Assembly (NCBI GenBank): GCA_030141605.1
Contig: JAQGDQ010000087.1
Coordinates: 372,001 to 436,000, forward strand
DNA length: 64,000 bases
Direction: 5' to 3'
From: Tubiluchus corallicola
Lineage: Eukaryota > Animalia > Priapulida
Shown here: piece after piece, positions 12,055 through 25,800 of the stretch
Layout of the letters: every line of letters starts with the position of its first letter
How positions within the stretch are numbered: position 1 is the first letter of the stretch
Notes under the pieces: model-generated
The model's database searches: none
Told to the model about the DNA's origin: nothing
What the model saw: the letters and a program-made list of their open reading frames with translations, nothing else
Made by a program: the position numbers and the translations under genes

Positions 12055-15000
12055 ATGAGTGATGACGACAAGGATGTGGATATTGAGAGTGATGTAAGAA
12101 ATAATTAACAAAATGTTTAGCTGTTGTAGCAGGCTAGAAATAACTTTCGTGGACAGTTTTTGTTGACAGTGCCAAGGTTGTTACATTACTCAGAACACAA
12201 TACGATGTTGAATTGATAAAATTATAAATTATTAGACAATTTGCATGTTTTGAGCATTTCTTGCTTTTTGCAGGAAGATGAGATGATTGTGAGCAGTGGA
12301 ATTCAGCACCACACTTATCATTCTACTAGTCCTGGTCAACCACAATTCCAATCTCAGGTATCACTATCAGTTAACTAATAGCAAGCTGTAGTGTTAACTG
12401 CAGACTGACATATTTGTTATATTTTGATATTTTTGTTTATGATTTGAGATTGATTAATGCTTCTTGTTTGTTTTTATCTAGTGTAGTTGCACTTTTTCAC
12501 AATTTTTCCAATGCTTAAGGCTAATTGCATTTCCAAGCAGGAAGACAATTAAAGTGACATGAGTTCGGTTACTTGCCTTTTGTGTTACATGATCAAATTG
12601 GAGTTTTTTTGTAAGATATACTGCTTTTTATACTGAGTAACTGCAGGGCTTAAAGAATCGGTTGCCGTCAGCGTAGGACAACCATTTTTTACATTGGGGC
12701 AACTAAAATAACTTTATTATTAGTCCATTGCACTACCTAAAAGTACTTTAAAGTAAGATGTGCAATGTATCTCAATATGCGATATACTGTTTTCCAGCCG
12801 GTTTCTAGTGCACTGTCGATATGAGTGCATTCAATGCTGTTATCAAAATTACCGTGTAACTTTGATAATTATTATAATTTAGCCTATAGGACAGTTTTGT
12901 AGTCCTTGTTAATAAAGAAAGGAACCCAGCTAAACTTTTGCTATTAAAAGGTTGAGGAAAAAAGTATTTTAAGTAAAAATTTGTCCATCTGCCGAAGAAG
13001 TATCTTGCAGACTACGTACATCGGTTGGCGAACATTTTCCGGCCCTACTTATGCATAATAGCTTTTTGGTATTTTTGTGGTACATGTGCTGTAATAATTC
13101 AAATTTGGAACTTAGAACATGAACTAGTCCCTTTTTCTACAGAAGAGCTTAAAACTGGAACTAGTTGGATTTTCTAATATCTTAGTCGAACCAGGAATTT
13201 GATCTAATTCCTTTTTCTACATTGTGAACTTGGAAGTCGAACTAATAGTTAAAGGTGATACTTTGGTTTTTAAGCTAGATGTTGATTGGTGCTCAGCCAA
13301 TCACGATTATCCCTGGAGTTGCTTTCATATAGTTGATACCGTTCTGAGATTTGGGAAACCAATCAGTTACTCCTAATTCTCCAAGGACAGCCCTGATCCA
13401 AACAGAATTTTCATCCCCTTATTGGAGTTACATTTCAAATGGAATATTGTCATGCCTGAATTAATCCTTATTTTGATGGCATCTCTTTAACGTATTTGAC
13501 CGTGCTTCGCCCTATCTTGATTTTATATGCATAATGCATATCACAGATAAAATGACTTGTACAGTAACTAGTGCAGTGTCATTGAGCAATTTTCTGAAAT
13601 TATTGAGTTATTGAGAAATGTATTGGGTTTCGTGAGCAACTCTAACATAAAACATGCCATTAATTACTGAAATTGAACTAAAAAACTACTAATTATCAAT
13701 GAATGACAAGTTAACTAATTAGTCAAATTGCACTACACTAACCATAAAGAAATGAATTTTCTACATGCCGCCGCACATAGTGAGTGTATGCGAAAAATAA
13801 TGTTTGCGAAAAACATTAGAAAAATTTAGCAGTTAAAGGATGATAAGTACCTCATGTGATTAGTAAAATCATTTTAAAGTCAGTGTTGTTTAATGCTTGT
13901 CTACTCTCATTTTGAATGCCCATTTTCCACCAATGACATCATGCATCACGTGAAAACAAGTAACGCAATGTCAATTTTTATCAAAGGTAAAATAAATTTT
14001 CAGAAAAAATTAATTAGCAAATTTTGTGGTATTTCTGCATAAGCATTATTAGATGAGCTACAGAAGTTTGAATTAATTTAAGTGACGCGTGCTTACGGAA
14101 AGTCACGGTGTGCCACAAAATCAACCAGTTACGTCATAATGAAGGCTGATTATGGCTGCTACTGCTGCACCTGAAAATTTCTATACAATAGTTGTATAAA
14201 TTAACTTTATGCTTTATAGGCCTAGGCTTTGTGTTTTGCAGTTTTTTTAAATTTCTTTGTTACCATATAACCATATATATGTTGAAGCTGTAACATGCTA
14301 AATACTTATTTTTTAACATCCCTTTTTTTGAAACTGCAGTATCAGGCCGTAACTCCAAAACTAAAAGTACTGTAGACCTTTGATAGACACTAGATCACAT
14401 CTGTGTTCTTTGTGTAAGTCTTTAGATGACTTGAATTTTTTTAAATTGCAATCCAAAGTTGACGTGATGATAGTCAGTTTTCATATATTCCAACGCATCT
14501 GTCACATTCTTTTCACGGTTTCTACTCAGTTTGAAAAAAACAAGAGCTAGATCCACGTCTCTTTGTCCACTGGGTTTGTCTGAAGCAGCACTGCCTGGCA
14601 TGCTTACTGCCCCCGCACATGGTCAGGTTAATGTTTGACCTTTATTTTGGACACATGATGCTTTAATTTGTGTTTACCAGCTATTCACTTTTCAGAGTTT
14701 TGACAGTTACAGATATCTTCTTATCTGGTAATTTGACAATTACAGATTAACTGTCTATTAAGTGTGCTAAAATTATCTTCTTAAGTGACTTACTAACTGC
14801 TAGCCCAGCATCTAAGCATTACTCCATGCAACTTTAATAATTGTTAATACTAAGCAATGTAATCCCTTATTGGTTTTGATTAAAATTTGCATATGGTGTT
14901 TCTGAGTTTCAAATTAGGTGGCTTCCCTGTAGTATTATCCTGCACAAGTGGGCAAATCAATTTTCACTTTTTGTTTTAGGCAATAGATGTATGAGCTGTG

Positions 15001-16428
15001 CATAACAATTTTAGTTAAATGTTTGCAGGCAGAGAAAAGAGCTCATCATAATGCCTTGGAAAGAAAACGGCGCGATCACATCAAGGATTCATTTCATAGT
15101 CTGCGAGACTCTATACCTACTGTCCATGCTGATAAAATTACACCAAAAGTATGACATTTGTTAAGCATTCATCTGCTCATTAATTGCAATGACTTAATTG
15201 TAAAAAATCATTAGCTTGTGTAGATAGCATCGCAAGTCCCACGTTTTTAGACGTGATTTAAGACTTGTAATTTTTTATCGATTTTCCTGTTTTATCTAAC
15301 TAACTCTAAAATAATATTCATGTAATTTTGGAATCTGATTATTGCGAAAAAAATATAGCATATTTATTTTTTAATTTACAGCAGAACTAACAAGTTGACA
15401 TTTTCTTTCAAGAATGTTATTAATACATTAGCATAGCTAGCGAGTCCGGCAATGTCAAATTAGCTGAACATTGTTTTTATTAATCTACATTTTTTCAGTC
15501 ATCGAGAGCCCAAATTCTCAATAAAGCCACGGATTACATTCAGTACATGAGAAAGAAAAACACTGTCCATCAGCAAGATATCGAAGAGTTAAGAAAACAG
15601 AATCACGTTTTAGAGGCTCAAGGTATGGTTATCATTATGTTTTTAAGTCAATATATAGCAGCTCAACTGGAGTAGAAAGCTGGTTGGTAAAATTTTGTAA
15701 TTATTAATACTGTCTTCAGCAAAATTATGAACTTTTATAATATTATACACTTTACTTCTTGTAACTTTCTAAATGGTCTTTTGTCACCTTGTTCAGCACT
15801 CTGCATTATTTACTGCTTGCAAAAGGGGTAGATTTTTATATTTTGCAAGTATTTCTACTGTTATGTCCGGCTGTAAAGTCTGTAATCTGTAGAGGTGTGT
15901 TGCTTCTTTGTGGCCATTATCACATAGTAGACACAAGATTTGCATCAGTTCTCCATTGTGAGAGAATGATTACCAAAATTAGATTCCTTTATTGTTCTAG
16001 AGGTACATGCAATTATACCAAGCAATTTGTGAATGTACAAACTTAGTAAAAGCTTGATGATTACCAAAATTAGGTGTCTTTACCATTTTACAGATAAATA
16101 TAAAATTACCAAGGAATCTAACTCGTCTAAAACTTAGTAAAAGCTGAGTCTTGTAAATGTTATTTCTTTTTAGTAAATGGACTTCTGGTTTTTTTGAGAA
16201 GATGTCTGAATTTGTATTTTTCTATTTTTAGTTCGACAATTAGAAGGCTTAAAAGCAAGCGTGCAAGGAAAGGAAGAAAAACAAGAATCTGGAGATACAG
16301 CTGAGGATAGTGTTGGTGTAAAAGTGGAAGAAAAATCCGATTTAGTAAAAATCGAAGAAAACTCCGACTCTGAACCTGCCGAGGGTTCCGAAACCAGAAC
16401 TAGTCGTCGAAAAAAGCTGAAAACGTAA
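12055..16428 (+). CDS. MAX: Protein max (MYC-associated factor X), bHLH-Zip, complete, 187 aa
   Basis: Exons 12055-12093 ([13 protein letters not shown]), 12274-12357 ([28 protein letters not shown]), 15029-15148 ([40 protein letters not shown]), 15499-15622 ([41 protein letters not shown]), 16232-16428 (VRQLEGLK...[13 protein letters not shown]). All introns GT-AG, phases 0,0,0,1. The basic region [20 protein letters not shown] and the C-terminal RKKL NLS are diagnostic of MAX. Confidence 0.97.
13249..13490. mobile_element. Short TTAA-flanked MITE candidate (Kolobok-like)
   Basis: TTAA|AGGTGATAC ... GGCATCTCT|TTAA imperfect terminal inverted repeats; only one copy in the window. Confidence 0.4.
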
Positions 16429-19400
16429 CTCATCTAGGTAGTTATTGTAATTGTACATAGTAGCTTAATATTCACTGTTCTCAACTTTTCAGTGTCAAAA
16501 ATTGCATTTTGTATTATGTTAATAATCTACATAACTTATTTTATTCCATAAGATATTTATAATTTTTTTATAATTGAAAATAAAAAATCAATTTTTATCT
16601 GCACTCTGCACAGTAAACAAGGTTCGACGATGTCCAGAGAATTAATGTCCAATCAAAACTTATGCACTTTGTCAGTATCACTTTGTTTTAAGTATCACAT
16701 GCATTTTATCTATTGTAATATATTAGCTAAAAATGTAAAGAAAGTACATCTGACTTAGCCGCTTGTGTTCACAAAAGATGTGTACTTTTATTTTACTGGT
16801 TGACAAGAAAAAATATTTAACCAGGAGAAACTGAAAATTCTCTTCATTTGAGACTTGGTGACTGCTGTCAGCATTGAATAAGTTAATTATCCTTACAATA
16901 TGTCTGCAATTGATTAAATTACCACTGCCATAATTAAGCATTGACGCTGTGTGTTGTGCCAATTAGCATCTCAAATGGTTATCTAAGTGGCAGATTTAGT
17001 TTATCTTTAGTTCGCAGATGTCTTCATAATTATATGCACTATTTGAATATTGATAGTTAATGTTTCACAAAGGCTGCTATTCTACATTATTACAAATTTC
17101 AGTAGGAAAGTAAATATCCACACATCTGCATTATATGTAAATTTATTATCTAATTTTTGTAATAAATGTAACTGTCACTGATTGTGCAGTATTTCTGATG
17201 TAAAATTTAACAAAGCAATTTGTTAATAAAACATAAATTTGAAAGAAGTGCCATGGCTTTACAATCTGCATGAAAAATGCATTCTACATTTAGAATTGGT
17301 CGTTTGTAACTTATTTCTGTATGGCAGAGTGTATGGAGTAAGTCGTTATATTTCATAAAGTTTACGAGAAGGAAATAAATTTTCCTGCATTAAAATTGTT
17401 CAATACACGCATCGTTTTCCCCAATTAGCATAATTAGGTACTAGCACATATACTCGTATCTACCATGGTACTTCACCTTTGAATAGAATTCATCACCTTT
17501 ATCGAAAAAAATTTGACACATTAGTTATACTAAGTGTGAAATGTACTAAGTACGTTGTAATTAATATTTATTTAATTATTTTTTTGCAATTTTTGCAGTA
17601 AATTGGATCTCACTTCATGTTGTTTGATTTGCTTTTCATGGAGAATTGTAATTTTGCTCGTATTTCTTCAGCGGGCTATTGTATGAAACGCCCTTGTACT
17701 GCGTATACTGTTTTTGAAACAGGTATGCCAGTACGTTGTAATATTCCAACAGGAAAATAAAACTACTGAAAGAGTAAAAGCGGAACCTGTGTTCTGGGAT
17801 GTGTCCAGAAAAAATTTTGCCACTTGAAAGGACCAAGTGATATAGGACTTATAATAAATAAACTAAACAAAATACTTAATCGGCTCATTAACCTTGTATT
17901 TGCATTTATACGGTAATCTTGTAAAACTGTTTTTTAAGCAACAGAATTTTTAGTTCTATTCCGGGAACTGATAGTTTTGCTGGTATTATTTCGTCGGCAT
18001 TTCTTTTGGCAATATTGTAATTATAATTTGCTTGTGCCGCAGGTCTCCTTGGATCCCAGCAGAACCCAAATTGGAGTTTTGTTACATATTACATGTTATG
18101 TAATCATAAAAAATTTTGCTAACGTAGCACAGATGCTAGCACATTATATTTCTTAATATACGATTGTGTCGTATTCACAGTCTGCAGGTGCTAGCAAATG
18201 CAGAGCTTGTTTAAGAAATATACTTTTGTTTCGTTGAAATAAAATTTAGCAATGCTTTTTTATATTATAAGTATAAAAACAATTATTGGCTTAGCTACCG
18301 ACTTTGAACGCATCTTTTCTATGAACTAGGTTTGACGGAGCTAAGCAGTTTGTAGTACAGTAAGGCATCTACTGTGATGTTAATGCCGCAATGTGACAAT
18401 CAGAATTCGATAACTTGTCTTAATTTGGTTCAACATGTCTTTGGAGTAAGATAGTAGCCTAAACTATCATATTTACTTTTGATAATTTCAATTTTTGCTT
18501 TTGCATTTAACAATGTAAGTTGACGTGCACATTATGCTACCTAAGTAATACACGAAGCTCAAGATGTATGAACTCTGTATATAAAAATGTGAAATGTATG
18601 CCTTGTTAGTACTTTATCGCTTAGTACTTCATTTGCATCAAGTTTGGTGCAAAATTGGATCGGAACATCGTGACATCAACTTTTTTCGATGTTAGTTTGT
18701 ACTACTGCAGTTTTGCTGTTTTAGCTTTCGTCTGATTTTGTCAAAATGTGTGTTAATAAAATTTGTTTGTGTAAAGACATGATCATAAATAGTTAATACA
18801 GTTATCATGTTGTTAGATGTTTTCACAGCTCCACCTTAATGCGTTAAACAATTTTTAAAAAAATGGACAAAACATACTGATGACAGTGCAACAAATAAAC
18901 AAACATGCAGGATAACAGTTGCGTAAATTTAAAAGTTAATACAAATAAGATGGAATTTAAGTAAAAAATGCACCAAAGAAATAAACTCACAATATTTTCC
19001 TACAATACAAAAATTTATTTCTTTGTCAGAAAAACTATAATGGCACTCAAAGAATCAAGTTATGATGAGGCCGGGAGTAAATAGAACTTCACTACTCAAA
19101 AAAATTCACGGTAGATTTGTTTTGCACCAAATTCTGTCAACATCAGAACACTAGTTCTGCATTCATGAATGTATGTGTGAACAAATTGCTCCTAATAGAT
19201 AAAATGCTGAAAGAAGAAAACAAAAAACCGTTCTCGACTGGATTTGAAAACTAGATGCTTGCACAAGAAAAGCTTACATTCGGCACTGTCCATGATTTAG
19301 GTCTTAAAGCTTGAAGAAAAACCACACAACGTTGCGAGAGGATTTTTAAGCTTGGAAACATGAATATCGGTTCGGGGTGTCCACTACTGCTTTGAGTGTG

Positions 19401-19815
19401 AGTAGATCCCTAAATGCACAACTTGTATCAATATCATGTTATAAGATATTACATATGTACATTTCATGAACTTGTAGTTTGAGAAATCTTAAAAAAGGTT
19501 ATTTAATAAGGAATTCGTGTTTCGGTACAGCTGCACTGTAACTATTTTTGTTCCACTAGCATGTATGCACTGTCTAGCAACCTGTTCTGTACTAATTCCA
19601 AGTTATACAACTAAACAACCACAGCTTACTATCATGCTGTACACACCACCGTTTTACTAAATTCACAGACTTGTCCCAAAAGTTCTTATGTCCTATGTGT
19701 GTTATGACTTTCAACCATGATAAAGCAAGGCAAATCAAGAAAAGGATTTTTCATAGGCTTTACGTCCTGCAAAGCCATATTCACACAGAATAAAACTGCA
19801 CAGGACTGTTCTGCT

Positions 19816-22800
19816 TCAAGGCACGGGTAATTTGCCAAAGTGATCCATAGCTTTTCCAACAGCATCCATACCAATGTTGTAAACTGGATGAACTGGTAGC
19901 TAAAAATAAAAGCAGGCATGTAAGCGTACATTCTGTCTAAGAAATTCGAAAATGGGAACTAACCAATACACGGTAGCCCAAAAAAGCACTAAAGCAGTAA
20001 AGCACTTTTATGATGGTTTTTAAAGTCCAGCACTTTTACAACACCATTTCAATGTATCATAGGCCAACAGATCTAACCCTTTCAGCATACCGCCACTGAC
20101 CTTGCTTCCTCACCATACCATGACAAATGCCTAGGCGGCACTTCCACTTTGGAGTCAACTTTAGAGAGAAAATGTAAAATGCGAGAGAGAAAACGTGTGA
20201 TAAAATGATTAAAACAGGATTAACAAGAGAGACAACTATGGGGAAAAAGCCTACTCAATGGCTTCAACTTGTCGATCTACGGTTGCGCAGAATTGAAGAA
20301 GTCTACAATCATGCCATCAATATGACAAAACAATTTCCCAAATATGTGGAATTACCACATATTGGAATAGGTTTAGTTCAGAAAAATTAAACTAGGAAAT
20401 TAAAAGCCTAGCTATTTTTAAATTTTAGTGTCATTGCGTAGTTGCTGTTTTGCACAAAATACCAGTATTACAAGAATAGTACTGCCAAAGAACATAGATT
20501 CATATCACGGTTTGCCAGACAAAAGCGGGGAGACGTCGGTCCGAATTTGCCGATTGTCCGTATTTACCGATACTAAGCTAATACAGTAGGCGCCACGTAT
20601 TAAACTCACGGTAATTTTGTATCAATCACCTAATTGTCTCAGAAACATCTAGTACAGGCTGACATACAAGCTACACACGTGTCGTTACCCACTGCTTGGT
20701 TAACAAAGTGACGGCCTGCCAACTAGAGGTCAGCTCATGAAACAACGGACTGTGTCTGTAGTATGCGGGACTCCAGATTTTGTTAGATATTTCCGATATC
20801 CGTAAAATCGAGGTTTGGCAAAAAGAGATATGAGTGTAATTACATTTAATTACATATTGTAGTAAATAAATAATACGTAACAAATAATTTAAATAACAAA
20901 ATTGCTAAAATCTAGGCTAAATTTTCTAGCAAAATTTTTTATGATTATTGCCAGAACTAGAAAGAAATCAAAACTTAGTGAATACTCTATAACAAACTTA
21001 GAAAAGTGAACGTTACTGTTAAGTTAAACAGTGCAAACACAGCTGTTTTATGTGTTAAAAATGAGAATAAATGAAATGCAAGAGTTCAATATGTCACACT
21101 AGGCACTATTATACAGCAAATCAAAATCAAATCAATCATTTATTTCTAATCCCAATAACAATACAAAGAAAAATAGGTATAAATAAAAAAAGCCAAACAA
21201 ATGGGAAGGGGTGGCGAAAAACATTAGTTATCGATCTGCAGCAACAGAAATATATTTATCTTTAAGAATCTAATAATTTGATATAGAAATTATTTAAATT
21301 TGTTTTGAGTTTATGACTTTTGTTCCACCATACTCACTAGTTCATTTCGCCTGTCACCAGTGACATGTTTGTGGTCATACCCATGTCCTCCAAAATGTTG
21401 AGCAACAGACAACCCGCTTAGGCAGTAGCACGTGTGATAGAAATCACGATTTCTGAAAAGGCGAGCAGTGATACAAATGCTAAATCAAGTTCAAACAATC
21501 ACAGTTATTTTCAAGTGAAGCTACAAACTGGACTGTCACTGTTATGATTACACTGGGAACATGTGAACTGATTTGTGTTGCAACTAAGTTTAGTTCTGTC
21601 CAGCGAAATGAAATGTAGTGGCAAATGCACTTTTGAATCTCACCAATGCTAATATAGTTAAGCAAATTTTAACATTTTTCTTCTATTCTCCTAAACAGTA
21701 GTTATAACAAAAGGCTGTTTTTCACAATTAGGTTTACAATTTTCGCAATGAAATAGATGCAATGGTAAATGCACATATGAACTTCATTAATGCTAAAATA
21801 ACTAAGCTAAAATTTACATTTTTATTCTACTCTCATAAAGTAACTGTCCCACAAAGGCTGTTTTGCAACATTAATAGACTCTTCTCTCAATGACACCTCA
21901 CTTCCGAATAATTCATTTCAAGAAGAGCAAACTTTTACCAACTTTTCTCACTCAACGACAAATTCATTTCATTTCATAATGTTTCATTTTAGCAGCAAAT
22001 TTGTGGCCTTGCTTAAAAAAAACCAAGATTATGTTTGCGCTAGCATTTTGTAAAGTAATTGTTAATTGAAATTGTACCTGCTGTATTCACTGTACTAATT
22101 TCAAATTGACTGTTGGTAGTTGGCACACACTATAACATGATATGGCTTATTCTAATGTGAAGCTGGCAGTGAAATAAACCCTTCACTGTGTTCATAGTTG
22201 TAGGGTTAGTAGCTGTAGTTTAGCAGCAAGAGTTTTTGCATAATACGTTAAAAAATGACACTAAATACCTCTCAGAAAGCTCAAAAACTAATTGTAGAGT
22301 ATCACAGAAGAGCAGGACTAGAACATTAGAAATGAAACAGAGTGACATTTTAAGATTTAAAGTCAAAGACAGAAAACAGTAACCAACAGCAAGCCACTGT
22401 AGACTAATGGATACATTAGGTCAGGGGTGTGCAAAGTGCGGCCCGCCGAGAGACTTTGTGCGGCCTGCGAAAAGATTTGTCAACCTAATGAAAGAGCGAC
22501 CCGGGCGATTAATTGAGTGTATCCAGCTGAAGTCCGCGCTGCGATTGCAAAGATAGTGCGGGTAGTTTTTCCCACTAGATCGGATGGCATTATCCCTTAC
22601 AAGACGGTTGTCACTTAATGTCAATGTCGGACATGACGTTGCTCACTTGGAACATAAAAAAGCGATGTAATCACAGAACACAGAAAACTATCACGGAAGC
22701 CGCCATTGAAACGCTCGAACGTGCAAGAAATGCGAAAGGCAATTTGATTGGCTGGTAGGAAGACCAACCAGCCAATCTCTAGGCTTTTATTATCGAAGCT

Positions 22801-25800
22801 GTTGATCTGCCCGGTCGTCTTCTTGGTCACAACAGGTAGATCATTTCGACTTGGTTATTTTTTACAAAATAAATTATAAATAAATAAATTATAAAAAATA
22901 TATAATAAACAAGTCAAAATGATCTACTTACTATGACCAAGAAGACGACCGGGCAGATCAATCTGTAAGTAGCCAGCAACCTGAAAAAGTGTGGTCACCC
23001 CTGTTTTGGGGGGGGATTCCCAGATTTTAGTTTCAGCTTAGGCTCAGTAGTACACGCTTCACTAGTGGTTGTTTCATCTTCTCACCAGGTATAGTGTTCT
23101 TATAGATCAGAATCATGGATAAGAAAAAAGAGGAAGATTGAAGAAGAACATCGAGTCAAAACAGATTAATATGTACTGTACTACACAGACTGTGTGATAC
23201 ACATTACTAATATGCATTGTAATGAAATCACCACTATCTGTCGTGAAAGTAGAAATACATGGTTTTTAATATAAATTTTAATAACTTCTAAAATAGGTTT
23301 TTGAGTGTAGTAGTGCAGTAGTAATGATGTGCGCAGATCGCATGCAAAAAAATTGTTATTAGGTCCTATTGTACTTGGCTCCTTGATCTAACTGCACGTG
23401 GCCCGCAGGAATTGCGGGAAAGTTTAATGTGGCCCGGCTAGTCAGATAATTTGCACACCCCTGCATTAGGTAAACATAAAATATGCATTTGCTCCAATAT
23501 TTAGTCCAAACAACAATAACTCATCTTGACCTAATAACAGCACTGCACAACCTTTGTTTGACTAACATTACGATACGACAGCTTTTCTTAGTAACTTCTA
23601 TAGCATCGACTGAATTGCGAAGCATTAAAAAGAAGCTTCCAAGTATGAAAAACCAAGCATGACAACCAAGTGAAAGTGACGCCAAACTTGATTTAAAAAA
23701 GTAAGTAAAAAAACTCACTTGGTTGGTTTGTCTATTAAGCCTCCAGTTGGATGTTGACAACAGATCAACAAATATTCTTGTAACCCACCTGCAAAAATGT
23801 TAATGTTAAATAAGCTTCTAACATGAAACTATAAATTTCTTACAATCGGTGCATCTAATTTGATATGATAAAGCGAGGCACGAGACAAGACAGAAGATTG
23901 TAATAAACGCTTACAGATATAAGAATTTATAAATATGAGATAACTGGTCATTTTCTTGTAATCATATCTTTGGAGTTTGGAGCACTTCGTGAATTAGCTT
24001 TACTACTAAGTCTGTCACACAATCTTAGAAAAGCATAAAACCACTTTCGTGCCATAACAGCCATAGACGAGTAACGACAAGGAAAATTGCGCCTAACTCG
24101 TCTCAACTGCCATACAGTCGCTGATTACTGAAATTCGTTTTCACAAATCTGCATGTGCTCAAAAAACTATTACTAGTTCAGTATTTCATCTTACATGACT
24201 ATCCTTGGTAATGCACTAGATTAATGTTTGGTGTTTCACTATAATCAAACTCCACTACAACCATATAAAACTAACAGTAGTCCCAGCCGCCGAACGCTAA
24301 ATTCTGGCTTACTGGCATTGTGAAAAAAACAGGCTAACTGAACCGGGTAAGTCAGTGTGGACTACTTGATTAATTCAACGGCCGTAAGACATCCATCGAT
24401 AAAAAAATAAAGAAACCAACATACAATATTATTAAATTGTTCAAAGTTGGAAGTGGTGCTTTCTTCCTAACAGAAAGATATCATTAATTACAAGAGCTAC
24501 ATACTAAGTAACTCTACTCTGTCAAACAACATTGCTTAAATATATTTTCGAAACAAACGCAAATCGATTGATCACTTCTGATTCCCAAATCTGATCATGA
24601 CAAAATTCTAAAACAAACATACTACCTTGGTGAAACATCCATTTGTCTTGACTCAAACATTCATCACCTAGAACAGTTTATAAATAAATATAAATAACAA
24701 ACAGTGAATTTTCCCAACCTGCACTATAAGGAGACTCTAGATTAGGTAAGCAATTAAGCATACAAATTATCACATTTTTAGCACAGAATAATAGTTCAAA
24801 TATTTTTCATATCATGTCACTGCTATAAATTTGTATGCCATTTCGAATGCAAATTTTTGACTGTTTAAGTACCAAGCAAATATATTTTTAAAAGACAACA
24901 GTTGTAAAGTTGAAATGACAGCATCAGCGCCAAGAATGGGAAAACATAAAAACAATCATTTTATATTTTCACAAAAAAATTGCCCTAGATGTCTGAAATT
25001 CACGTCCAAATTGATAATTTCCTACATTGTAATAGTATAATTAAGACAAATGCACATATGAATTCTACAGCAGCAAATCCTGTTTGCCTTGACTTAAGAA
25101 GCCATTCAACATTTTCATTGGCAGTAAATCTACTAACTTCTTGAACCAGGCATCACACATGAAAACAAAAAACAAACAAACAAACCTTCCATATATAATG
25201 TCCTATGAATGAGTGGCAGAATGGCGCCTAGCCAAAATGAGTAGCAACCATCTACAAGTTTGTTTGTTCGTCCTTGAAAACCACCTTCAAGTTTCATTTG
25301 TCGATTTACAGTCCAATACTGCAACAAAAATACATATTTTTTGGTTTTCTCCACTAAGGTACAATACATACATCCAAAAACTAAGCTTAAGACACATGAC
25401 GACATAAAATAATCACAGACCAAAATTCGAAGGAGGAAATTTCGTTGTAGATGCCAATCAACTGCTGGGCAAGAATAAAATCTTTATATTTTCGTGGTAA
25501 GCAAATTTTCTTTATCATTGACCCAAAGGAGACAAATTTTTGTCTGTTTATGTACTAAGTAAACATACATCAACTTTAAAAAAAATTTTTTATTAAGATG
25601 ATGGTGCAGAAACTGAGTGCATTGCTGTCAGAATTAACACACACTGGTAGATTTTTACAAGTTTATTGGCATCCAGAAACACTTCTCATGTAGAAAATTC
25701 CAATATTCCATCAATTAAGTGCAATTACACTAAATGCTCTTGCAGCAACCTATGCTTATATACAGAGGATGTTATACAGCAGTGTTTCCCAAAGTGGGCG

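Noticed and set aside
16170-16433. 87-aa minus-strand ORF
   Set aside because: Antisense shadow of the MAX last coding exon.
19686-19931. 81-aa minus-strand ORF
   Set aside because: Wrong frame over the FNTB last exon; the true frame is LPVHPVYNIG...VP* at 19899-19816.
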